DNA of 64,000 bases, taken from assembly GCA_049510395.1 (NCBI GenBank), contig JBEKYY010000021.1, positions 13,970 through 77,969 on the forward strand. Reading direction: 5' to 3'. The position numbers and the translations under genes were made by a program. Below, in pieces: positions 1-9,211 of the stretch. The notes beneath the pieces were generated by a model, which worked only from the letters and a program-made list of their open reading frames with translations, did not search any database and was not told where the DNA came from. The stretch is from Verrucomicrobiota bacterium. Lineage in GTDB: Bacteria; Verrucomicrobiota; Verrucomicrobiia; Limisphaerales; UBA11358. Within the stretch, counting starts at the first letter, position 1, and each line of letters opens with the position of its first letter.

Positions 1-555
1 ACTTGGCGTGCCGGGGTTCTTCGACATTTTCTTCGGTTTCTCGGGGATCGGCTGGGCGAGGTCAAAATCAATCAGCCGCACATTGCCGTTGCGCGTCACC
101 AGCACGTTTTCCGGCTTGAAATCGAGGTGCATGAAACCGCTCTCATGCACGTGGCTCAGGCCCAGCGCCATATCAATCAGGATTTGGGCGACGTTTTCCG
201 TCAGGATGGGGTCGTGTTGCGCGAACAATTCCTTCAAATTCGTCGCCTCGATGTAATCCATGACCATGTAAAGCGTTCCGCCCTGCCGGCCATGCTCCAC
301 ATAGCCGACGACATAATCGTTTTCATTGATTTTGGAAAGCACCTCGCACCCGCGCAAGAACCGGCGGCGGGCCAGCAGATTGAACCGCAACCGGTCATTC
401 AATTTCCGCAGCGCAAAAGGTTTGCCGCGATTATCGGTCACCAGCCAGATCTCGGCCATGCCGCCGCGGTTGATGAGTTCCTGCGTATAATAACGCCCGA
501 ACCGTTCCTGCTTCACCGGTTCGGCTGCCACTGCTTTCTGAGATTCACGCACCAT
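1..555 (-). CDS. Ser/Thr protein kinase, N-terminal catalytic part (3' end runs off the window)
   Basis: The minus frame is open from ATG at 555 down to position 1. The translation MVRESQKAV...GFMHLDFKPENVLVTRNGNVRLIDFDLAQPIPEKP has a Hanks-type catalytic loop (HxDxKPEN) and a DFD (DFG-like) motif. It is absent from the ORF track because it is edge-truncated. Confidence 0.8.
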   Translation of the reverse strand, partial: MVRESQKAVAAEPVKQERFGRYYTQELINRGGMAEIWLVTDNRGKPFALRKLNDRLRFNLLARRRFLRGCEVLSKINENDYVVGYVEHGRQGGTLYMVMDYIEATNLKELFAQHDPILTENVAQILIDMALGLSHVHESGFMHLDFKPENVLVTRNGNVRLIDFDLAQPIPEKPKKMSKNPGTPS

Positions 556-796
556 TCTGTCTATTCCTTAACACGTTGCGTCCGCCAACGCGAACAAAAC
601 TTTTTTCATCACCCAAGGATACGGACGAAATGGGATTGTCCCTGGTGACGAAAAATTCACGCGATGACCTTGAACTCCGTTTTTAACCGCTCCCCCATCC
701 ATTTCAACGTCATTGTCGTCTCTTGTGCGCCCTCTCGAAGCCAAGGCCGGACCAAGGGGGTGCATCTCACATTTTGTGCAGGTTTATCTGGCCCTC

Positions 797-936
797 ATTA
801 ACACCCTGCTTTAGCGGGGTGTCGATGGCTGACCTGACGTCGTAACCGCTTCAGCGGTTTTCTCCACACGGGAAACCGCTTAAGCGGTTGGTGGGTCTGG
901 GCTTCGCTCCACACCCCGCTAAAGCAGGGTGTTAAT
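797..936. repeat. MITE-like palindromic element with 26-bp perfect terminal inverted repeats
   Basis: attaacaccctgctttagcggggtgt (797-822) is the exact reverse complement of 911-936. The interior holds two small palindromes, aaccgcttcagcggtt and aaccgcttaagcggtt. There is no credible ORF. Confidence 0.85.
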
Positions 937-1060
937 AAAATGGCCGCAGAGGCTGCGGTTTCCGATGTTGGAGCCAGTTCATAAACTGAGATGCGCCCCA
1001 AGCCCGGATGGCGTCGAATTCGCACTTGGCTTGAATTGCGTGAAAACGTATTGTCGCGCC

Positions 1061-1963
1061 ATGCGACCGCTCCGGGCGCTGGTCATTTATCTGGTCGTGG
1101 TGTTTATCGGCGGCGCTTTGCTCGCGCCGTGGCTTTACCGGCTCGCGCAAGCCGCCGGGCATTCGTTTCCTCAAATCGCCGGCGTGCCATTCCACCACTT
1201 TGTGAATCGCTCGCTGCTGATTCTCGCGCTGGCCGGACTCTGGATGTTGCTGTGTGCGCTCGGCGCGACCTCGTGGCGCGAAACCGGCCTAGTCCATATT
1301 CACGGCCAGTGGAAAAAGCTTTTCGGCGGCCTGCTGCTGGGTTTCGTTTCGCTGGCTGTTGTCGCCGGAATCGCCATCGGCGGCGGTGACCGCGTTTTTG
1401 TTCAGGGCCTGACCGCCCACAAAATCGTGGGAACCATCTCCAACGCCATCGCCACGGCAGCCATCGTCGCCACCATCGAGGAAATTTTATTTCGTGGCGG
1501 CATTTTTGGCGGATTGCGGAGGATTCTTTACTGGCCGCTCGCTTTGATTGCCAGCAGCATGATTTACGCGCTCGTCCATTTCCTGCAACACGCGGAATTG
1601 ACCGGTCCGGTCGCCTGGGATTCAGGACTGATTCTGCTCCCGCGGATGCTGGGCGGTTTTGCGGATTTCCACACGCTCGTTCCCGGTTTTTTCAATCTCA
1701 CGCTCGCCGGCATCCTGCTGGGCCTCGCGTACCAGCGCACCGGCAACCTCTATTTTTCCATCGGCCTGCACGCGGGCTGGATTTTCTGGCTGAAAACTTA
1801 CGGTGCATTCACAACCAGCACGCCGCGCGCCGCGACCTGGTTCTGGGGCACGGACAAATTGATTGACGGCTGGCTCGCCTTGATGGTGCTCGTCGTCACG
1901 CTCGTGATTTTCAAGTTTCTGCCCCTCAAACCGGCGCGCGAACCGTTTGCGATTTCGCGATGA
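1061..1963 (+). CDS. CPBP family intramembrane metalloprotease (CAAX protease / Abi-like)
   Basis: Polytopic membrane protein with EEILFRG (EExxxR), ALVHFL (FxxxH) and a later HAGW motif. I chose the ATG at 1061 (MRPLRALVIYLVVVF) inside the longer track ORF 929..1963. Confidence 0.8.
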   Translation: MRPLRALVIYLVVVFIGGALLAPWLYRLAQAAGHSFPQIAGVPFHHFVNRSLLILALAGLWMLLCALGATSWRETGLVHIHGQWKKLFGGLLLGFVSLAVVAGIAIGGGDRVFVQGLTAHKIVGTISNAIATAAIVATIEEILFRGGIFGGLRRILYWPLALIASSMIYALVHFLQHAELTGPVAWDSGLILLPRMLGGFADFHTLVPGFFNLTLAGILLGLAYQRTGNLYFSIGLHAGWIFWLKTYGAFTTSTPRAATWFWGTDKLIDGWLALMVLVVTLVIFKFLPLKPAREPFAISR

Positions 1964-2703
1964 CCGCGCTCGTCGAACCATTTCAAAATTGGTTCAGCGT
2001 TGGCCTGGGTTTTTTCTATCCCGAAATCTGCCAGCTTTGCGAAACCGAACGCGCTACCGCGAGGGACGGCTTTGTTTGCGCACGCTGCTGGTTGCAGGTG
2101 CGCTTCATCAAACCTCCGTTTTGCGGACGCTGCGGATTGCCGTTCGAGGGCGACATCACGACGCCGTTTGAATGCACGAATTGCCGCGAAATGGAATTGC
2201 ACTTCCGTTCCGCGCGCTCGGCGGTCGTCGCCCGCGGCGGCGTCCTGGAAGCAATTCACCGCTTCAAATACCAGCGCCAGTTGTGGTTTGAACCTTTTCT
2301 CGCCGGCCTGTTTTTGCGCGAAGCGGCGCCCGCGTTGCGCGGTCAAAATTGGGATTTAATCGCGCCCGTTCCACTCCATTCAGTGAAACAGCGCGAACGC
2401 GAATTCAACCAGGCCGGACGTCTCGCCACGCGCTTGAGCGCCGCCCTGCAAATTCCGTTGAACGAAAAGCTGCTCCGGCGGGTCATCCCCACGGCGACCC
2501 AGACCCTGCTGACACGGCAGCAGCGTACGGCGAATATGCGCGGCGCGTTTGCCATCCGCCCCGGCGTGCGTTTGAACGGCGAGCGGGTGATTTTGGTGGA
2601 TGATGTTTTCACGACGGGCGCGACGACGAGCGCGTGCGCCCGGGTGCTTTTGGCCGCGGGGGCGGGCGATGTTTGTGTCTGGACAGTTGCGCGCGGACTT
2701 TAG
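1960..2703 (+). CDS. comF: ComF family protein (phosphoribosyltransferase fold)
   Basis: N-terminal paired CxxC motifs (CQLC..CARC, CGRC..CTNC) and the C-terminal PRTase signature VILVDDVFTTGATT. There is an ATGA start/stop overlap with the upstream gene. Confidence 0.8.
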   Translation: MTALVEPFQNWFSVGLGFFYPEICQLCETERATARDGFVCARCWLQVRFIKPPFCGRCGLPFEGDITTPFECTNCREMELHFRSARSAVVARGGVLEAIHRFKYQRQLWFEPFLAGLFLREAAPALRGQNWDLIAPVPLHSVKQREREFNQAGRLATRLSAALQIPLNEKLLRRVIPTATQTLLTRQQRTANMRGAFAIRPGVRLNGERVILVDDVFTTGATTSACARVLLAAGAGDVCVWTVARGL

Positions 2704-2724
2704 TACTATATTGTTCAACAACTC

Positions 2725-3675
2725 ATGGGCACGACTACTTTTACCAAGAAATCGCTTGGTCTCGAAACGGTCGAGCCGGCATTGACTCCGACGACGACCG
2801 ACAAGGCGGCGACGTTGCCCAAAAAGCCCAGGCTCGGCGCCGGCAAATCCAAAAAACGCGACATTCCGGAGGGGCTGTGGACGAAATGTCCGAAGTGCGA
2901 AACCATGGTTTTCGACAAGGAACTGGACGAAAACCTGAAGGTTTGCCCGAAGTGCAATTACCATTTTCCCATTGGCTCGCGCGAACGGATTCACTCGCTG
3001 GTCGAAACCTGCACGTTCGAGGAAATGGACGCGCAGATGACGAGCACGGACGTGCTCAGTTTCACCGGCGTGGACACGTATGCGTCCAAACTCGAATCGC
3101 ATCAAAAAAGGACTTCGTTGAAGGACGCGGTCGTCACCGGGATTTGTAAAATCGGCGATGAACGCGCCGCGCTCGGCGTGATGGATTTCAATTTCCTCGG
3201 CGGTTCGATGGGCTCGGTCGTCGGCGAAAAATTGACGCGGCTCATCGAACGCGCGACGGAAAAGGAACTGCCCGTCATCATCATCTCCAGCAGCGGCGGC
3301 GCGCGCATGTATGAAGGCATGTTCAGCCTCATGCAAATGGCCAAGACCGCCGCCGCGCTCGCCTACCACGCGCAACAACGCCTGCCCTACATCAGCGTGC
3401 TCACGCATCCGACCACGGCGGGCGTGATGGCCAGTTACGCGAGTCTGGGCGACCTGATTCTGGCCGAGCCGGGCGCGATGATCGGTTTTGCCGGCCCGCG
3501 CGTCATCAAGGACACCACCCAGGCCGAATTGCCGCCGGGATTTCAGACCGCCGAATTTCTCCTCGATCGCGGTCTCATTGACGCCATCATCCCGCGTACC
3601 GAAATGAAACAGCAACTGATTGAGTATCTGAACTTCCTCGCCGTCCGGAAAAAAGCCGCCGCCGCGGCGTCATAA
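2725..3675 (+). CDS. accD: Acetyl-CoA carboxylase carboxyltransferase beta subunit
   Basis: Zinc ribbon CPKCETMVFDKELDENLKVCPKCNYHFPI followed by the carboxyltransferase domain (GGSMGSVVGEK, SSGGARM). Confidence 0.95.
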   Translation: MGTTTFTKKSLGLETVEPALTPTTTDKAATLPKKPRLGAGKSKKRDIPEGLWTKCPKCETMVFDKELDENLKVCPKCNYHFPIGSRERIHSLVETCTFEEMDAQMTSTDVLSFTGVDTYASKLESHQKRTSLKDAVVTGICKIGDERAALGVMDFNFLGGSMGSVVGEKLTRLIERATEKELPVIIISSSGGARMYEGMFSLMQMAKTAAALAYHAQQRLPYISVLTHPTTAGVMASYASLGDLILAEPGAMIGFAGPRVIKDTTQAELPPGFQTAEFLLDRGLIDAIIPRTEMKQQLIEYLNFLAVRKKAAAAAS

Positions 3676-3680
3676 TATTT

Positions 3681-4403
3681 TCACCGCCTGCCGTCATACC
3701 ACAAAGTGCAGGATTCGCGGCGGGTCAGCGCCCGGCGGTTGAAGAGCACGTGTACCAGCAATTTGAGGTGATCCCGCATCGTGTAAAGCCGCATCTTCCG
3801 CGCGGACGTCACCAGCGGATGCGAGTGTAAAATCACGATTTCCCTGCCCTTTTCCCGCGCCAGACGCTTCAGCCGTTTGCTCAAATCCAATTCCTCCGCT
3901 GCAAACAGTTCGTTGTTGAACCCGCCGATTTCCCGGAACGCCGCCGCCTCGACAAAAATGAATGAACCGGCCAGCCAGCGGCCCATCCGGCTGGACCAGT
4001 TCCAGGTCCACGTGAAAAAACCAGCCAACAAAAACTTTTCATCCATCCGGACGGTTGAGCCGCCAGCCAGACAGCAACCGGAACTGATTTGCCCCGCAAC
4101 TTCGGCAAACAGGCCGGCACTGGGACGCGAATCCGCGTCCACAAAAATCAGCCAGTCGCCGGTGGCCGCCGCCGCGCCGGAATTCCGGGCGCGGGCGATT
4201 TGATTGATCGGCTCGAAGACGACGGTTGCGCCCGCCGCTCGCGCGATTTCGGCCGTGCGGTCGGTGGAATTGTTGTCGCACACAATCAATTCAAAGTCCC
4301 AACCGCGCTGCGCGAACGCATTGGCCGCTGATTTTATCCGCGCCAGCGATTCGCCGAGCAACCGCTCCTCGTTAAAGGCTGGAACAACGACGGAAATCTT
4401 CAT
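3681..4403 (-). CDS. Family 2 glycosyltransferase
   Basis: MKISVVVPAFNEERLL...CDNNSTDRT...FVDAD are typical GT-A/GT2 motifs. I prefer the ATG at 4403 over the TTG at 4412. Confidence 0.85.
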   Translation of the reverse strand: MKISVVVPAFNEERLLGESLARIKSAANAFAQRGWDFELIVCDNNSTDRTAEIARAAGATVVFEPINQIARARNSGAAAATGDWLIFVDADSRPSAGLFAEVAGQISSGCCLAGGSTVRMDEKFLLAGFFTWTWNWSSRMGRWLAGSFIFVEAAAFREIGGFNNELFAAEELDLSKRLKRLAREKGREIVILHSHPLVTSARKMRLYTMRDHLKLLVHVLFNRRALTRRESCTLWYDGRR

Positions 4404-4749
4404 TGCACGCAATTTGCTTCATCCCCTGCCCGGTTTCAACCAACGACTCACGCCGGCAGCGTCCCGATTTATCTGGTCGGCGCGCCGTTGCTGCAACGTC
4501 AGGATTGGGGAATGGCCGGGTTCTAATGACGAATACCTAAAGAATGCCCAAGCCCGAAATTCCAATCGCGCCATTGAGTCATTGGACATTGGAACATTCC
4601 TTCGTCATTCGGGTTTGGGCATTAGTTATTGTCCCGATGCAGTTCACCCCGACATCCAATGTCAGGGCACATCACCGCCGCCAAACAATATCGTGCTCAA
4701 GCTGCATTTTCCGCGTGCTTTTTTGGCCAAATGGTTTTTATTTGTGGGT

Positions 4750-5970
4750 ATGACCATTTGGATTCTGGTTTGGGGGATCATGCTGTCGCTGGCCGCTATC
4801 GGTTACCGGCAGGGCGCGATTCGCGTGTCGTTCTCGTTGATCGGCATTATTGTTTCCGCGTTGCTGGCCGGGCCGCTCGCCAAATACGTCAAGCCGATGC
4901 TGCCGCACGTGGGCATTCATGACCCGACCGTCATCTGGCTGGTGTCACCGTTGATTGTGTTTTGGGTTCTGTTGATTCCGTTCAAGTCGGTGGGGTTTTT
5001 TGTGCATCGCAAGGTGGAAGTTTATTTCAAATACAAGGAAGAAGGCGTACAATTGATCCGGTGGAACCGGCTGAATGCCCGGCTCGGCCTCGGTCTCGGC
5101 CTGATGAACGGCCTCGTTTATCTCTTGCTGATCTCGTTCATCATTTTCGATTTGAGCTACTGGACGACGCAAGTTGCCACGTCCGACAATGAGGGCATGC
5201 TGGTCAAACTGCTGAACCGACTGGGGCGTGATTCGGAAACCACCGGGTTTGCCCAGATTGCGCGCGCCATTGACCCGATGCCGGACAGTTATTTCAAGTA
5301 TGCCGATCTCGCCGGACTGCTCTATCAAAACCCGCAGTTGCACGACCGGCTGGCGGATTATCCGATGTTCATTTCGCTGACCGAACGCGATGATTTCAAA
5401 CAGCTCGGCCAGAACACCGAGTTTCAAAATGCGTGGAAGCAAAACGCACCCATCCGGGAATTGCTCGGCAACGAACTGTTCAAATCCATGTGGGAAAGCC
5501 GGAAGGCAGTCAACCTGGTCTGGGGCATTATCCAGGACAATTTTGACGACCTGTACGCCTATCTGCAAACCGGCCAGTCGGCGAAATATGGTTCGGAAAA
5601 AATCATCGGCCGTTGGGAGTTCAACATCGCCGCGACCACAAGCCGGATGCTCGAGACACGACCGGTCATTTCGTCGCGCGAGATGCGGGTGCTGCGCGCA
5701 TGGGTGACGCAGTCATATACCAAGACCGCGTTCGTCGCCGGCGCTGATGGCCAGGCGTTCCTGAAAAATCTGCCTCATCTTAAATCGCAGCCCGGGCAGC
5801 CGCCGATCACCGAAACCGCCACGTGGAAGGGTAAATGGAAAGGTGACGGGACTGATTACAAATTGTCGCTCAGCACCAGCAGCCAAAAACAATCCATGCC
5901 TGCCGAGATCGACGACAACCGGTTGACGATCAAAGACGACAAAACCACGCTGGTGTTTACCCGCGAATAA
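4750..5970 (+). CDS. Membrane protein, CvpA-like N-terminal TM region plus unknown soluble C-terminal domain
   Basis: I chose the ATG at 4750 (MTIWILVWGIMLSLAAIGYRQGAIR...). The 5' part of track ORF 4204..5970 overlaps the GT2 gene antisense. Four predicted TM helices resemble the CvpA family. The family call is tentative. Confidence 0.5.
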   Translation: MTIWILVWGIMLSLAAIGYRQGAIRVSFSLIGIIVSALLAGPLAKYVKPMLPHVGIHDPTVIWLVSPLIVFWVLLIPFKSVGFFVHRKVEVYFKYKEEGVQLIRWNRLNARLGLGLGLMNGLVYLLLISFIIFDLSYWTTQVATSDNEGMLVKLLNRLGRDSETTGFAQIARAIDPMPDSYFKYADLAGLLYQNPQLHDRLADYPMFISLTERDDFKQLGQNTEFQNAWKQNAPIRELLGNELFKSMWESRKAVNLVWGIIQDNFDDLYAYLQTGQSAKYGSEKIIGRWEFNIAATTSRMLETRPVISSREMRVLRAWVTQSYTKTAFVAGADGQAFLKNLPHLKSQPGQPPITETATWKGKWKGDGTDYKLSLSTSSQKQSMPAEIDDNRLTIKDDKTTLVFTRE

Positions 5971-6080
5971 TTAATTGCGGACGGCCTGGTCATGAAGGTT
6001 GTCATCCGGCCCGCCACGACAGTTTGAAGTGGATTTCGGCAGTTGAACCTCACGTTGACGCCGCAACTGGTGGAAGAGTG

Positions 6081-6134
<54 letters not shown>

Positions 6135-6257
6135 ATTTCGGTTTCTGTCTCGTTGTTCATTGTTGCCTTTCGTTGTGTTTGTTTAGCCATACCTATACGC
6201 CAGCATCCCTGTAATTGCAAGGCTTTTTCGCTATCTACGCCCAAGTAGGCGCAAGAA

Positions 6258-6346
6258 AATGTTTGGCGACGTTTGGGGGCCTCGCCCGGCTTTGGGGAAT
6301 GTTTGGGGACATGAAAACGAGCTGAATGTTTGGAGAACCTTTGGGC
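6258..6346 (+). promoter_or_regulatory. Cluster of short direct repeats (AATGTTTGG / TTTGGGG), candidate integrase arm-type sites
   Basis: aatgtttgg occurs at 6258, 6298 and 6325, and tttgggg-like words at 6270, 6290 and 6339. The block ctcgcccggctttggggaatgtttgg (6281-6306) recurs as ctcgcccgaaatgttgggggaatgtttgg at 14641-14669 near the other att site. Confidence 0.4.
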
Positions 6347-7505
6347 ATCCGGGGTGGGCGGGGATCGGGGTTTCGGCCACGCCATATTCATTCAACGGCG
6401 GCGCGGACGGCTGGCGGGAAGGATGCCTGCAAGCTGGCGCGGTGACTGCCACGCGGCGGGGGCCGCGTGCCGCCGGGGGACGGCGGGAAGCAGTCACCGT
6501 GACAGCGCCGCAGCCGGTGGCCGCACAAGACGCTGTTATCTTCAATGAACCGGGCCGGCGGGCGCGTGTCGCGTGGGGAGACGGCGGGGACCCGATGCCG
6601 AGGGTTCACGCGCCAGCGGGATACGGCATGGGGGCGGCTTTGCAGATAACAGCTCTTGTGTGGCTACCGGGTTCGCATCCTTCATGCCAGCCGTCCGCAG
6701 AGCCAATGTTGAACTTTCGTGGCCGGGGTTCGTCGGGCGAGTCGCGCCAGCGCGAGCGCGGTTTGCGCTGACTCCTCGGCCAGCCAGCGGAGCGTCGGGC
6801 GAAGTGCGGCAAGGGAAACAGGGGGGCGCAGCGTAGCACGGCGCGTAGCCGGATGAACGAGGTGTCAGCCCATTGCCGTTTTTGGAGTGAGGGCGGACTG
6901 TTTCGTGTAGCGCAGCGAAACGAAAGCTGGCCGCGCTCACGGAATTTCCACCGGGGCAGCGCACGTCTTTCCCGCCTGTCTCGGCAGTTTGCGACCGTCG
7001 GAATGCAGCGAAACGTCCGCGTCGCCTGCAAAGCGGTTCGTGTAGCGGAGTGAAGCGGACGCAAAGCTGGCGAGTCAGGCCGTGCGCGGGCCAAACCGTG
7101 CCGAGGCTGGCGCGGTGCCAGGATCGGCTCGGTGCGGCCGGGTTCGTTCCGAACACAAACTTTCTGCCGTTCGCGGGGCGCGGAGCGCCCCGTTGCCCCG
7201 TCGAGTCGCGCAGCGACGAGGTTTCCTGCCGGGCACTCGTGCGCCAGAAAACCGTTGAACGTCGTGGCCGGGTGGACTGGCACGGTGACGATCAAACGTG
7301 ATGGGACGTTATCCGCGCACGAGTGCAAGCGTCCGCACGCCGGGGGTGACGTGCGGACTAACCTGTGAAGGCGTGCGGCTCGCCGCGTCAGCGGTCGAGA
7401 GCGACCGGCATCCGTGCGCGGGAACCAGCATTCAACAAGAATTGACGTTCGCTGGTTGCGCACCCGTTGGTTTTGAGCGCGACGCAGCGCAAAGCGCGAA
7501 CTGAT

Positions 7506-7757
7506 TCAGCGGGATTCGCCAAAAAGCCAAGCGACAGAAACTTTCAAAGCGCGGGCGATGGCGGCGGCTTCGTAGTCCATCGCGTAACGGGATTGATTTT
7601 CGATCCGTGAAATTGCCGTCCTGTCCATGAGTATTCCCTGCGCGGCGAGTTTCCCGGCCAAATCGTCTTGGCTCACAACGGGGTTGCGCTTCAGGCGGGC
7701 TTCTCGCACCCGTGCGCCAATGATGTTTCGTTTCGTCGCCGTGATTGTTTTCTTCAT
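7506..7757 (-). CDS. XRE-family helix-turn-helix transcriptional regulator
   Basis: MKKTITATKRNIIGARVREARLKRNPVVSQDDLAGKLAAQGILMDRTAISRIENQSRYAMDYE is a classical Cro/CI-type HTH. It is divergent from the GloVer-repeat gene. Confidence 0.8.
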   Translation of the reverse strand: MKKTITATKRNIIGARVREARLKRNPVVSQDDLAGKLAAQGILMDRTAISRIENQSRYAMDYEAAAIARALKVSVAWLFGESR

Positions 7758-7858
7758 TGCGTGTGTTTTCCACACGCTTGACTTTTACCGTGTTCCGGCG
7801 TCGAATGAGTGTGAAGTCCACACAGAGCAAGCGGGCTTTCCCAAAACTAAAACCGAAT

Positions 7859-9141
7859 ATGAAAACGAAACGACTGACGGCGGTAGCAATCTTGGCTTGT
7901 GTTTTGGCATCCGCTTCACTGGTTGACGCGCAGTCTTTGCAGACACTCTGTTCATTCAACAGCACAAACGGGGCGGAGCCGTATGCCGCGCTGACGATGG
8001 GCAATGACGGCAATTTCTACGGCACGACTTCGCAAGGCGGCAGCTATACTATTGGCACGGTTTTCAAAATGACGACCAACGGCACGTTGACCACGCTGGC
8101 TTCCTTTGCCCAAACCAATGGAGCGTCTCCGTATGCCGCGCTGACGATGGGCAATGACGGCAATTTCTACGCCTTTGCCCAAACCAATGGAGCGTCTCCG
8201 TATGCCGGGCTAACGATGGGCAATGACGGCAATTTCTACGGCACGACTGCTAGAGGCGGTAGCGGGGTAGAAGGCGGTAGCGGGGGTTATGGAACGGTTT
8301 TCAAAGTGACGACCAAAGGCACGCTGACCACGCTGGTTTCTTTCAAAGGCACCAATGGAGCGTGGCCGTATGCCGGGCTGACGATGGGCAATGACGGCAA
8401 TTTCTACGGAACTACTTATGTAGGCGGTAGTATATATGATGATGGCACGGTTTTCAAAATGACGACCAACGGCACGTTGACCACGCTGGCTTCCTTTGCC
8501 CAAACCAATGGAGCGTCTCCGTATGCCGCGCTGACGATGGGCAATGACGGCAATTTCTACGCGGTAATGGTATGGGAACGGTTTTCAAAGTGACGACCAA
8601 CGGTATGTTGACCACGCTGGCTTCCTTTGCCCAAACCAATGGAGCGTATCCGGATGCCGGGCTAACGCTGGGCAATGACGACAATTTCTACGGCACAACT
8701 CAGGAAGGCGGTAGCGGCGGTAACGGATATGGTGCTGGAACCGTGTTCAAAGTGACGACCAACGGAACGCTGACCACGCTGGCTTCCTTTGCCCAAACCA
8801 ATGGGTTTCTTCCGTATGCCGCGCTGACGATGGGCAATGACGGCAATTTCTACGGCACGACTTCTTACGGCGGTAGCGCTGGTGATGGAACGGTGTTCCG
8901 TTTGTTGCTTCCGCCAGTTGTCCGACCGACATTGACATTGCAATTTTCGGCAGGGTGTCCGCAGTTAAATCTGACTGGCATGTTGAGCAACAACTTCGTT
9001 GTGCAATACAGCACCAATTTGGCAGGCACCAATTGGATCAATCTGCTTTCCCTGACCAATTTGTCGGCCAGCCCGTATCAGTTCCTTGATCCTGCCGGCG
9101 TTGAGCAACCAGCGCGGTTTTATCGGGCGTTTATGCAGTGA
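7859..9141 (+). pseudogene. GloVer (Gloeobacter/Verrucomicrobia) tandem-repeat secreted protein, frameshifted
   Basis: Signal peptide MKTKRLTAVAILACVLASASLVDAQ, then repeats of the type NGA.PYAALTMGNDGNFYGTT..GGS..GTVFK.TTNGTLTTLASFAQT. The reading frame breaks near 8560-8575 (track ORFs 7745..8593 and 8572..9141). This is either a pseudogene or a repeat assembly error. Confidence 0.65.
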
Positions 9142-9211
9142 ACTTGCGGCCGGACTCTGGCCGCAGACAATTTTTCCACCGCACCGTCACGCGAGCGATA
9201 TACATTGCACG

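Noticed and set aside
127-648. 173-aa plus-strand ORF at the window start
   Set aside because: It is antisense to a clear Ser/Thr kinase frame on the minus strand (HLDFKPEN, DFD). Its composition is His/Arg/Gln-rich, typical of an antisense frame.
2380-3615. 411-aa minus-strand ORF
   Set aside because: It lies entirely antisense to comF and accD, which have unmistakable motifs. This is an Arg/Gly/Ala-rich shadow ORF typical of high-GC DNA.
4204-4749. 5' extension of ORF 4204..5970
   Set aside because: It overlaps the GT2 gene on the opposite strand and crosses a repeat-rich intergenic region. The hydrophobic CvpA-like protein starts sensibly at ATG 4750.
6231-7463. Multiple overlapping ORFs (104-285 aa) on both strands in the GC-rich island segment
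   Set aside because: They overlap each other in several frames and are dominated by Arg/Pro/Ala/Gly with no motif. I treat the region as non-coding (see finding).
7950-8900. Regular DNA periodicity that could suggest a CRISPR-like array
   Set aside because: The repeats are about 100-nt coding units of the GloVer protein. They are imperfect and have no unique spacers. No cas genes are present.
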